The translations under genes and the position numbers were made by a program. Shown piece by piece: positions 53,187 through 64,000 of a stretch of 64,000 nt of DNA; position 1 is the first letter of the stretch, and every line of letters begins with the position of its first letter. The DNA is from Tubulanus polymorphus. Its lineage: Eukaryota; Animalia; Nemertea. Where the stretch lies: contig NW_027437430.1 of assembly GCF_964204645.1 (NCBI RefSeq), positions 124,001 to 188,000 of the forward strand, given 5' to 3'. The notes under the pieces were generated by a model. It did not search any database and was not told the DNA's origin. It saw only the letters and a list, made by a program, of their open reading frames with translations.

Positions 53187-55057
53187 ATGAGTTACATCAA
53201 AGTCGGCGTCATTTCTGCATTGTTGGCCGTGGTCGTGGTCAGCGTGTACTTGGTATACTTCCGACACCCGCCGCCGGACGATATTTTAGCAGCCAACCGG
53301 AAAAAGACAGCTTCATCGAGACTGGCGCGTCAGGCTTTACGGGATGATTACGATTACGACGACGATGATCCAGTTGCCGCCTCGAAGAGAATGTGGGAAT
53401 CTTGGATTGAAGAAAATGGCCACGTGTCTATTGGTGAACTATACGATAAATGCGGTGAGTATGACTTATGTAAGATTAATTATCTAACCGAAATTGAACA
53501 GTTACGTGATTGAAATTCGACTCTTTACCAAATTTATTTAGTAAAGATTATCTAAGTCAAATAGCACTTTTCCAGTTGTATAGGCTATACTACATACATC
53601 TTGAAACATTTGTACATTTCTTTAGTTCACGAGTAAGAGTTTAGCGATACGTTTAATCTTTTCATGAAATAGAACTTCTGTAATAAAAAGAAAAAAAAAT
53701 ACAATCAATTTAAACAATCCCCGATTGTGAAATCATTCTTTAAAACTAAGTTTACTATGATTCATTATAAAACAATGACAGCTATGCAGATCGTTTTGAT
53801 CGTTGAATCCTGGTACTGCTGCAAGATGTATTACATACATACACAGTTAACGGGTTGAATTTGGGTATTTTTATCACACCGCGGAAAATCGAGATCACGG
53901 GATACAATTTCCTCTTAAAAATGTTCATACTACGGTTAAAAACTGTGTCAGTACATCAGTACTATAGTACTGAATAATGTTATGATAATTGATACTGCGT
54001 GTGTGTCACATTTCGCGTAATCCAATTAGCAGTTACGTAGAATCCTTCTTTCACGGCGAACCACAGGGCCAGAACCAGAATTTCTGAAAAGGTTTACTTT
54101 TTAATTCATCATGAACAATTTTCGATTGCAGAAGGTGACGATAGAATAATGGTTGGAAAGACGATCTTGGTACCTGACAAGAAATTGGGAGGAGTGACGT
54201 CATTTACCTATGTCAATGTTACCTGGGGTGAGTTAACAAAATTATGAACACTGGGTTAAAGGGAAGCCATGGGTGGTACCGTGCACATAGATATCGATAG
54301 AATCATTTATAATGTAGTCTACTTGACCTGTCACTATCAGTCACTTTGTGACTAGACGTGATAAAAATCGCGATTGTCTTTGAATTATGAATTTGTTGAT
54401 GGTAGGCCTAACCGCGAAGCTGTATTCCTATCTTGAAGATCAAAGTTGACGATATGTCAATTCGGCAATGATTGTATCGAATATATTGCATTTTCTTTTC
54501 ATATACATATTTTTTTGATATAGGCCTATCTCTTTTGATTAACCGATGACGAAAACTTCGTTTCTGGTCGCCTATTTATTCGACCAGCCTTATATTTCTA
54601 TAGCCTTATATTACTCTGTAGAAAAATATCGCTTATTATACTATCAATTCATAAAGGGTTGATAAAGACATGAGTAAATAAAGACATGATTTGATTACAG
54701 AAAACTTGATCGATGATGGCGAATTGTTTATCGAGGTGAAATACAACGGTAAAGACTTGTACAGCAATCATTGGGAACTATGTACTGTAGATGAAGGCGA
54801 GGAAGATCAGATCATATTCTGCCCCATAAAACCAGGACAAAAGAATTATAGAAAACAACTAAAGATACCAAATTATATACCTAAGGTGAGGACATCCACG
54901 AAAAAGAATCACTTCAATTAACAAAATTTGCGCAGGTTTTTCAGCTGTGAAATACGATGTTTTATGTTCATTTTAGGGTCGATATGTAACGAAGGCGTGG
55001 GCCACAGATCAAGATGGAAATGAAATAGGTTGCGCCTATTCTGATTTCGTGTTATAG
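53187..55057 (+). CDS. ML (MD-2-related lipid-recognition / NPC2-like) domain protein with N-terminal hydrophobic anchor; join(53187..53454,54132..54227,54701..54885,54977..55057), 209 aa
   Basis: Hydrophobic segment VGVISALLAVVVVSVYLVYF, then a stalk, then an ML-type pattern YDKCE...WELC...FCPIKPG...LKIPNYIPKGRYVTKAWATDQDGNEIGC. All junctions are GT-AG and in phase. Confidence 0.8.
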
Positions 55058-57000
55058 AACGAACAAAATGCGCAGAAACGGGTCTCGGTGCAATAGAAGA
55101 GAGGAATATGGTCCAACAGGACTCCAGTCCTCCTCGATAAGTTGATGGCTAATACGAAGAGATGAAAGATATAAGTTTTAAGCCTGTAGAACTGTAAGCT
55201 TGTGTGACGAGTGAATTCATTTCCCGGTGACTCTTTCCATCTTCCCGGCGTTTTATCGCCAGCCAGCTGCCTCTTCGTTCCAGAATATCCTCTATATTCC
55301 AAGTCAAGTATTTCACTATAACGTGCATAGCTTGTAGATGTTACTCAAAGATCTGTCTATATTTACTGTGATTAACTTATTCGTGTATACATTTATTATT
55401 GAACTAACAATCCGCGTTGGTATCCCAAAGCCCAAGTACTTCAAAAAATGGTCAACTGTTTGATATTCAATTTCTTACGATATTTATTTGGTTGATAATC
55501 TTCGGAATTTGATCCATTAACGTTTCTTATAGCTCGGTAGCGATGAAACTGAAGTCGGCCCACTACACGTCACTACATTGACAGTGTGGTTGGACCTGGG
55601 TGTAAAGATACCTTCAATGCGGTGCGATCTTGTAAAACCTGGTGTATTGGTGCTATTTTCATTTTTACCGATGTCCACTGAACCGGTGTTACCGTCATTG
55701 TGACGTGCGTATCATTTTGCAAAGAATTAACACCGGTCCTCAGCGTTATGGTCATCCGTTTAATGCTTATATTATATTTTCATGTAACAATATATGTTCA
55801 TTATATAGGTTTATTATTGATTGAAGAATATACTGTAATCATGTGCATGGCATAAACATGCGGTCAAACTGTTCTCAAAGTTCGAGTATTTCAGTTAGAT
55901 AAACTGCTCGATCTAAAACTCGATCTCGATAAACGCCAGTTTATGATTATCAAGACAAGCGATAATGCATCGTTAATCATACCAGTTCAAGGCACGCTTT
56001 AAGTAGCTGTTCTAATGTTAACTGAGATATTGCCAAAAATCACGTACTTCGTATGAAATCGATAGAAACAGATCTTTGGTTCACGACGAAACGATCATTG
56101 ATTTTGTATTTTTCGTTTTATTCTAATAAAAAAGTTATGATTTTATTTATATATCTAAAACCTATATCCGAATAAAGAAGCACTTTGATTAGTTCTCGAT
56201 CAATATGCACTTACTATTCCAATAACATAATGTTCATCTCAAATCTAAAAATTACTGAAAGCATGCATAATTTCCACTGCTATATGTACTGAGTGGACTT
56301 TTTTTTTGGAAATAACTATGACATGATATTGTGAAGCATAATATTTTTGCGCGCGTTAGAGCCTGATGTGATATGTATAGAATGGAGTAGAAACACTACG
56401 AGTTCCATTGTTGTGAGTTTAATTCGAATTTAGAATCAAGCTCGTAAACAACTAATAGAAATGTGGAACAATTTCTGAGGTTAGTTTTAAATTCGTGTGA
56501 AAAGACGATACCACGATGAATGACGAAGATTCATATTGAATCGCAAAATACTGGACCTATCCCTTTGTGTTCGGATAACCACGGGGATTTAGGCACGAAA
56601 AACACTTAAAGAAATAAAAAAGGCATAAATAAGGCTGCAGAAAAGATCGTACTGTATGATAAACATGTAACATTCATATATAGTTGCAGTCTTACATATG
56701 AAACCATTCAATTCTCAAAATGTAAGAGAAAAGCGGTAATAATCATTACTATAATTGTATTTTTGTATTATTTTTGTTAATAATTCAATGAAAAAAATGA
56801 TAAAGTTTAATTACTAACGAAGTTGATTGCAATCTTGTATTGAATATTCAATCCTATGTTCGACCCGATAAAAGTAATTGAGAAATGGAAATAATGTAAT
56901 TCTATGGATTTGATTCACATTCCGATATGATTTCACAAAATTCATAAGACAAATAAAATAATCATACGTAGATGAAATCAAATGATGTTTCTTGTAACTT

Positions 57001-57736
57001 GTTTTCACGGTAATACGTGGTTTACCGGATAGGATTGGGGTTTTTCATACTCACGTTATTCTTCGATAAACGTAAACCATTCCTGAAATAAGCTTTCCGG
57101 ATTTAGAAGCTGGAACATACGAGAAAGAAAAATTGAAATCAAATGTTCTGCAATTCTCCCTAGGGAAAAAGGATTCCGTATCATCTACCGATTTCGAGGA
57201 ATTGCAATCAACTCAAATGACGGAACTCGCAGTTATGATTATATATTACTATTGTACGTACAATGAATATCCATTTCAGTAATATGTATAGGCCTACGCT
57301 GCATAGAACTTGAATAACCAAACGTGAATTGAATAGTGTCCTATTGTTTCAAATATAAGTTTGAACATTCTGATCTTCCTGGTTCAGTCCCTCTCGTTTT
57401 TGCTTTAATAATAATTAGTTCCGTAGGTTTTTGCACTTTCACACGGTGGCTGGTGTGTATATGATATCGACTCATTAGGGATCGAAGGTGATAAGTGTGG
57501 AAGTGTTGATGGCCCAATTATCGATTCTTGCAATTCGGTTGTGGATAAAGGCGTGTTCGTCAATATTCGTGCTATAAGTTCCGAATCCTTGCGGAAAATC
57601 ATCTAAACTCTTCGAAACTGATGGACAGAATATCGGTTTCAGGAACAATACGCTGTTGACTTGCTTTGAATGTGACTGTTTTGGAAACTGTGACGATTTT
57701 ACGAGCGATGAATTAGTTATTGGACAACAACTTTGA
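57001..57736 (+). pseudogene. Possible decayed gene for a small Cys-containing protein (loosely lipocalin-like)
   Basis: After acceptor CCGTAG (57426) the frame reads VFALSHGGWCVYDID...VFVNIRAISSESLRKII*. A 1-nt shift at ~57604 continues KLFETDGQNIGFRNNTLLTCFECDCFGNCDDF...QQL*. Upstream fragments read FHGNTWF and GFRIIYRFRGIAINSNDGTRSYDYILLL. The family resemblance is by eye only. Confidence 0.25.
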
Positions 57737-57833
57737 GCAAGGCTTAACAATCCGTATACATCGTGTAGGTTCTCACGGGATTGTAGCTGACTTTTCTCGC
57801 AAGGTCATCACGGTTTCATCACCTTTATTCAGA

Positions 57834-58850
57834 ATGTACAACAACACGACAATCGTTATAAATACTGTTAATCACTCTAAAACTGTTGAAGAGGTTATTG
57901 TACCGGGTCTGGTGTATACTGTTATATTTTCGATTTTACGTCTTGTTATTTTGTCTATGGGTGTATTCGGTAATGGATTACTGATTATTTCGTACATAGT
58001 ATGCGGTAAGCTTCGCACGAGCACAAATGCATTCATACTGATGGTCGCTATCTCAGATTTGATGCTCGCGTTACTCTTGATAGCCGAGAAGCTGATTACA
58101 TTCTTCGGGTGGCATCATCTGTTGGACCAGCGGACACATATACCCACGATTTTCATCCTCATTACCTTTATAACGTATGCCGTGTCGGTTTTTGGTCAAG
58201 TGGCGATCTCCGCAAATCGATATGTGAAAATATGTCGTCCGAAATATTATGATTCGTTGTATACGAATCGTATGATTGTTCTCTACACGGTTATTTTGTT
58301 CTCGAGCGCCATTCTGATTCAAACCTGCATAACTTTCGTCGGAAAATGTCGAATGTATTTCGATGGATTTATGATACGACTAGCCACTAGGAATCAGGAT
58401 CACTGTCTCTACGCGTTTATGGGCGAACTTTCGTCTCCGACTATAATCATTTTCGTTATGTACTTTGAAATATTTCGTACGATCTACAAAAGCGGACGAC
58501 GAACGAAAAGATCGTCATCAGCCAAGAAACAGTTACGCGTTACGATCGGACTGTGCGCCGCATTCGTTACCCTGGTCGTGGCCTTTACGCCATGGTCGGT
58601 AGTGGCCATATTAGATAGCTTTTTGCAAACTAACGCAACTTTTCAGGCAATCAGACTTGCTTGCGAATGGACTATGCTGACAACGATTTCAAACCCGATT
58701 ATTTACGGTTTAATGAACACGAATTTCAAACGCGGATATCTGATCGTCATTCGTAAATGTATCCCGGGATGCGGAAGAACCTTCCTCAATTTTGAACGAA
58801 ACCGAAACCACAGCAGCGCAAACACGAATACGACCTCATCTTCTGTTTAA
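57834..58850 (+). CDS. Intronless class A (rhodopsin-like) GPCR, melatonin-receptor/GPR84/Tre1-moody-like (NRY), 338 aa
   Basis: First ATG at 57834 (MYNNTT, N-glycosylation sequons); seven hydrophobic segments; TM1 GN, TM2 AISD, ISANRYVKIC at the end of TM3, FTPW in TM6, and NPIIYG..N..F..GY in TM7/helix 8. Confidence 0.9.
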   Translation: MYNNTTIVINTVNHSKTVEEVIVPGLVYTVIFSILRLVILSMGVFGNGLLIISYIVCGKLRTSTNAFILMVAISDLMLALLLIAEKLITFFGWHHLLDQRTHIPTIFILITFITYAVSVFGQVAISANRYVKICRPKYYDSLYTNRMIVLYTVILFSSAILIQTCITFVGKCRMYFDGFMIRLATRNQDHCLYAFMGELSSPTIIIFVMYFEIFRTIYKSGRRTKRSSSAKKQLRVTIGLCAAFVTLVVAFTPWSVVAILDSFLQTNATFQAIRLACEWTMLTTISNPIIYGLMNTNFKRGYLIVIRKCIPGCGRTFLNFERNRNHSSANTNTTSSSV

Positions 58851-59088
58851 ATAATCATATATAATCCTCAAACGAATTTCCATATATATTCTAGAATGCA
58901 CCAGTCTTGTTCACGTACACATTCCTTTGTAAATCAAATACTTATACGATATAAGTGAATAAAGCAAAGATATTCTAAAGGTATGAATATATAAGCATTT
59001 TGTTGTTGTCATTAAGCCGTTGTAAAGAAGTAGGCGAACTTGTTGATATAAGATAGTGTAGGACATGCTCCATTATATATACGTATCA

Positions 59089-59658
59089 CTAATCGTCCCA
59101 GGTAACATACGAGAAATCATCTGTTTCATGGTCTTCTCCGCCGTATGGATAGGTGCATTTATCACTGTTGGCGCTGATTTTGCCTGGAATTGTACCGTAA
59201 GGTGTATTGGCAACTACTGAAAAGTAAACGCCAGTACCGTCTAACATGAATCCCGTAGCTAACGGTTTCTTCGGGGTGTGCTTATCATCGGCTTTCTGTA
59301 AACGAATTCCAAACAAGATATATACAACTTTATATGTATGTAATGAATAGATATGTATATAATGTTTTTTTCAACCAATATCAGTTACCTTTAATTCCAT
59401 CTCAGCTGTGGCGCACACCCACCAGAAATTTGTTGTGCAATGTTCCTTGCCCTCTACTCCGTACCAGCAGTAATATACCCCGTCCATTTTTGCGGCCTTG
59501 CCCGGAACCCGTCCATGTTCACAGTCGGCGACTGCAAGGTACACATCCAAATCTCCGACTTGTTCGGCCAGACAAACTGCATTCGCTTCAACATCTCCTG
59601 AATTTTTGTTAATCCACACTGTTCTTAATCCAGGAACGATTAATTCGTCTTTTCCCAT
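59089..59658 (-). CDS. Tandem DM9-repeat protein (lectin-like, no signal peptide); join(59658..59389,59295..59089), 158 aa
   Basis: Two similar repeats, YLAVADCEHGRVPGKA...CWYGVEGKEH and FSVVANTPYGTIPGKI...CTYPYGGEDH (GxxPGK...YGGxEH, typical of DM9), joined by a phase-0 GT-AG intron. Confidence 0.75.
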
Positions 59659-60877
59659 GTCACTTTAATGTTCAGTATTTGCAGAAATAAGCAGATCGTG
59701 TCAGCGCGTACGTATATGAATTGTGTAAACCTTTTAACTGAAGTAATTCCTTTTGAAGCAATTTTTTACTCTTTTCAATGTTCACGACTTGACATACATT
59801 TATAAGACGTAACCAGATATTTCTATTGGTAGATTTGAATAGATATATGGTAGACGTACCTGCATGGCATAAACCGAAAGTCAAACCTAACATTCATTAA
59901 CTAAGGGATCTGCCCGCAAGGTTTTTGGAGTGCACGTACTTCGACCGAATCCAATCTTCTAAGGATGGAGATTGTCGAAGTTGAAAAAGTTGCAGGTGGC
60001 CTCACTGTCGATTCAAGTATTATATTAAGCCAATAGTCGAAGCATGGCTGATGTCCCTGATTCAATCACACATTGATGGGCGAACTTTTATTTCCGACCC
60101 TAATCATTTTCGTTCTGTACTTCAAAAATATATATTTCGTGAGATCTACAATAGCGCAGGACGAAAGGAAACGCGCCCATTAGACATTTCCTGTAAACTT
60201 TTTCATTATTAAGAATGATTATGATACACAATATAGATAATCAAAGGATATATTTTGAGTGCATACTTGAGATGCGAGCGTTTGTCTCATGGATACACGA
60301 GAAAAGCACTCAAGGGGTACTCCTCTATTTCAGCCAAAGCAGGAAAATCGAACAACAAAATAGCGCTGATATACACGTGAACAAGGATGTTACACTTAAT
60401 GGAATCTAAATGATCCTCTGATCAGGTGGATAATTAGTTTTGGAAATCGATTCATTATCTATTTTACGAAATTCGACGAACGATTACAAAAATACATGAA
60501 GAGGATATAAACTTAGTTTCTAGCTACGTAATAACGAGAATCCCACAATGATAATAAAAGACGACGTCCGAAAATAATTTCGTATTTCATTATCATTGGG
60601 GAGTCTCGTTATTTTATCGTCACAACACGGATGTAGTGTTTTATCAATGTTGATTAGTTTCTAGCCTTAGAAATTTTGCCCTTCGCAGATGTTTGACATA
60701 ATTTGCACACAAATGTATATTAATGGACACACATCAATACATAAACCCGGAACCGGAAACAAAACACGTCTGGTTTGTAAAGTGTGACTAAAGATACGGA
60801 TCTATACAGTATAGCAGACACTAACATTCACAGTCGTTAATACTCTTTGTTGTTAGGAATATATGCGAAGGTTTAAG

Positions 60878-61351
60878 ATGGCGAATATTCAGGTATTCAT
60901 ATATAACATTTTCCAGTTTAACATGGTTAAGCTCTATTTATTCGTCTATCTGATGTTTTTATTTGTTGATGTTGATTTTCTAAAGGTTCTGACGTTTGCG
61001 ATGTTCTTTGTCGCGTCGTGTATCGTAAGTTGAAGAAGATTTTATACTCATTTCCATCTTGTACAAAACTTGCATAAATATCTGTTGGGATGTACATTCG
61101 TAGTTCAGTTATTTCTTTCTAATTCAATACAGAATGTCGGTTCAGCGATGGTCAAACATCCCGTTTATCCGGGTTCAAAACCAGGGACGTGTCCGGGTGG
61201 TATGTCACATTGTGCAATTGAACCGAACCAATGCTTCAAGGATGAAGATTGTCCTGGAGCCAGGAAATGTTGCAGGTGGCCGTGCGGTGGATTCAACTAT
61301 TGTGCTGAGCCAAGCCAAAGCACGGATGATCTCCAAAATTCATTGAAATGA
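60878..61351 (+). CDS. Secreted single-WAP (four-disulfide core) peptide; join(60878..60892,60986..61024,61133..61351), 90 aa
   Basis: Signal peptide MANIQ|VLTFAMFFVASCI|NVGSA is assembled from two micro-exons. The mature part KPGTCP...C...QCFKDEDCPGARKCC...CGG...C has the 8-Cys WAP pattern. Confidence 0.9.
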
Positions 61352-61571
61352 TTTTCAAATCAAAATCAAGTTTATAGATTCTGCTTATATACTTGTACCG
61401 ATTAATAACAAACAAGATAATCATATGAAAAATAAACAATTTTAATCTGTGGAAAAATCTAAAAAATTGTATCCGTCTTAATGTGGAGATTTATAAACTT
61501 TTCCCATGGCACGAAATCATCGGCTATGTTGAAGTTTCACTTATCAAGACACATTTCGCAGACGAAACCAT

Positions 61572-64000
61572 TCATCTATTTTTGAATGACTGTTGTTTTG
61601 CTCGAAGATATTCTATAGTACTTTCATCTATGGTTTTATATCTCCCCGCCTGAAAATATTCATCATCATAAATTTTTCCATGGTAAATATAGGACAGCAA
61701 ATAAACATAAGGAGTTTGATGTATGATTCATATAGTATAACATTCACGAAATAAAGCATACCCTGGGATTCAATACTGAGACGATCTTTGTTGCTTTTAC
61801 AAATTTTCCATGTCTTAGTGGAACTGTAAAATACCTTTTCCCCTTATAAACACCATCCGTATCACCAACTGAAACAAGCAGATGACCATAATGTATTTGT
61901 TGAAGGTGCGTCTAAACAAGAGCCACATAGAAATGAGTAATGGTCTTTTGTATTCTACATATATCGAGGATTTTTGCCTTCGTACTGCCGCGATAAGCCC
62001 CATCAAATACCTGGTTCGTCAAGCTTCAAGCCGATGAGTGGTCTAAAACTTGCGTATTCCCTATCAACGCTACCGACAAACTTTACAATGCCCGAATAAT
62101 ACGGACTGCTCCGTTCTGAAAATATAAAACATTTTAAAGATATTCGATGCGGAGAAAATACGCGTGTTATCGGATAGATTCGTCGATACATTCTTATCAT
62201 TCACCTTTACAAGGACCTAGATTCACCTGAACCCTATCACCAACGTGTATTAGTTCTAGCATTAGCTGGTCCTTTTCGTATTTAGTCAGTTTTGGTAACG
62301 GTGGTTGCGCGCTGCTCGAGGTTGACGTAGAACTCGGCGGTCTCGTAGTCGACCGTGAACTAACCGATGATACAGTTACAATCTCAAAGCCGTTCTCTTT
62401 CTGTTGCTCAGGTATTTGCGGTGTTTCTAATCTAACATCAGCCACATTGTGATGTTCGACAGAACGGAAGTTTTGAAATGAGTCGTTAGGTAGATATATG
62501 GAATATGCGCTCTTTAGTCTATCGAACAGTTTGTCCCCGGGAGATGTATTTAGATTTTGACTTGTTCGTCCATCCGTAGAACTACTATTCCGCACATTTA
62601 ATAAGGCTTTGTTTTGTCTATTTTGTCCAACACTTGTTTTGTTTGTTTCCCTATTGCTTCTCGGAGTCAAGTGTTCGTCGGCTATATATTCCAGAAAACC
62701 AATATTCTGTTTGCATTCTGCTTGTTTCTCTATAAGATTCAAACTGCTGGTCGTGATGTTACACGGTGGAGTGTTTATGTCCAAACACACTTTCTTCGGT
62801 TTACTCCTTGGAAACTGTAAGTTAACGAAATAATATACGTGCACCATCATATCTTCGATGATACAAGTGACGAACGATAACAGATTATTGTCATAGCTTA
62901 CCCTCATAGGAGAGGTTGCGCGGGCCGAATTAAGCTGTTCAGTCAGTTCATCATATAACATTTGATGGTCGTGTTCGATACAAGTGTTCAGTCCATTTTC
63001 ACTAGAAAAACAAAGATCTTATCATGAAAAAGAAAATGATACCAACATGACTTCATCAATGTTATCCTCACATGGCTTCGTCTTCCTGTGATTTGATTCC
63101 TTGAGGAAATGTCGCTTGGACTGTCGCCTTTTTACCAGCCTTCTTTACCATGTGAAGAAACTGATCGTTGTTTTGGATTTCTTGCAGAACTTCCTGAAAG
63201 AGAATATCCACTAATTAGCAATCGAGAGACTTCAACGAATATATTTTTTCACGGGAAAGAATCAGTGAATGAATGATTGTGTAGGACGGACAAAATAATC
63301 GTAGAATATGAACTACAACCTTTGCGAGTTCAAGCGCTTGAGACTTTTGTATAACGAGCTTGTCCTTGCCGAGCAGTAGTTTCTTCAGGGTGAGCGTTTC
63401 GCATCGCGATATCTGTAAATCTTTTTCTAGGTCATCCATTGCAGAGACAGTATTTTCCAATTCCTAATATAGAATGATAGAAAAAAACGTTTAAGACCGA
63501 TGTCATGTGGAAGTGCTGGGGGTAATTAGAATTCGGATCCACAACCTTGATCCGGTCTTTGTAATCCTTCGCCGTCTTTCTCGCCAGCTGAAGCAGTAAT
63601 AATCGCTCGTCTAATTGATTCTGGATGTTAGATATTTCCTCGTCTTTATCCACGATCTGTTGCTTGAGTTCTGCTATACAGTTCAAATCCTACAACGTCG
63701 TAAATTCAACGCCCTTTTTATTCACGATTTAGAAACTAGAAAATAACTGATTTCTCACAATTTCCTTACTCGATCCATTTGCTCATTCCGCCGAATTTCA
63801 TCCATGACTTGACTTTTCAAATCTTCTACGCTCGATTGCAACTCTTCGATCGTTTGTTCAGCATTCTGTCAAAAACAAATATATAGAAATAACAAAAAGT
63901 GACACCACGCACACGTAGAACAAATGTACATACCTGTAGATTTTTAGTTTTCAACTCTAGGTAGGATTTGATCGTAGTGAGTTCAGTTTCTTTTTCAATT
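61572..64000 (-). CDS. Coiled-coil protein with C-terminal CAP-Gly domain, 5'-partial
   Basis: Heptad-rich exons at 63072-64000 (AELKQQIVDKDEEISNIQNQLDERL), a Ser-rich linker, then a CAP-Gly split over exons (HVGDRVQV / GIVKFVG...IGLKLDEP / VGDTDGVYKGKRYFTVPLRHGKFV at 61868-61762). The last exon 61649-61572 ends in TGA. Confidence 0.85.

Noticed and set aside
55530-55824. Cys/Tyr-rich reading frames (WCYFHFYRCPLNRCYRHC) suggesting a defensin-like peptide
   Set aside because: No ATG, signal peptide or in-phase exon chain, and an in-frame stop lies just upstream.
57720-57833. N-terminal extension of the GPCR ORF from a TTG start
   Set aside because: Non-ATG start; ATG 57834 gives a normal glycosylated N-terminus.

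Overview
AT-rich animal genomic DNA with GT-AG introns, mostly 60-400 bp; the gene content suggests a marine invertebrate, probably a lophotrochozoan (inference). No prokaryotic features or CRISPR. Left: a multi-C2H2 zinc-finger gene (minus strand, runs off the left edge) lies head-to-head with a teashirt/tiptop (TSHZ) gene. The tsh first coding exon is a 40-nt micro-exon (3527-3566, MPRLKQIRPKRMN) missed by the ORF track; it splices across a 24.1-kb intron to the large exon 27713-31575, and about 13 kb of gene-free DNA follows the 3'UTR. Middle: a 17-exon UTP4/cirhin gene (minus, one GC-AG intron) is head-to-head with CHTF8 (plus), the arrangement I recall from human 16q22. Right: a compact run of a membrane-anchored ML-domain protein, a possible decayed secreted-protein gene, an intronless NRY-type class A GPCR, a tandem DM9-repeat protein and a secreted single-WAP peptide, then the 3' part of a coiled-coil/CAP-Gly gene. 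Non-coding features include two MITE families (two copies each), a 102-bp hairpin, tRNA-derived relics, an (AT)n microsatellite and Pbx-Hox/Meis motif clusters. The best leads are two candidate ancient head-to-head gene pairs, a teashirt regulatory block and a possible innate-immune mini-cluster. None is proven from sequence alone.
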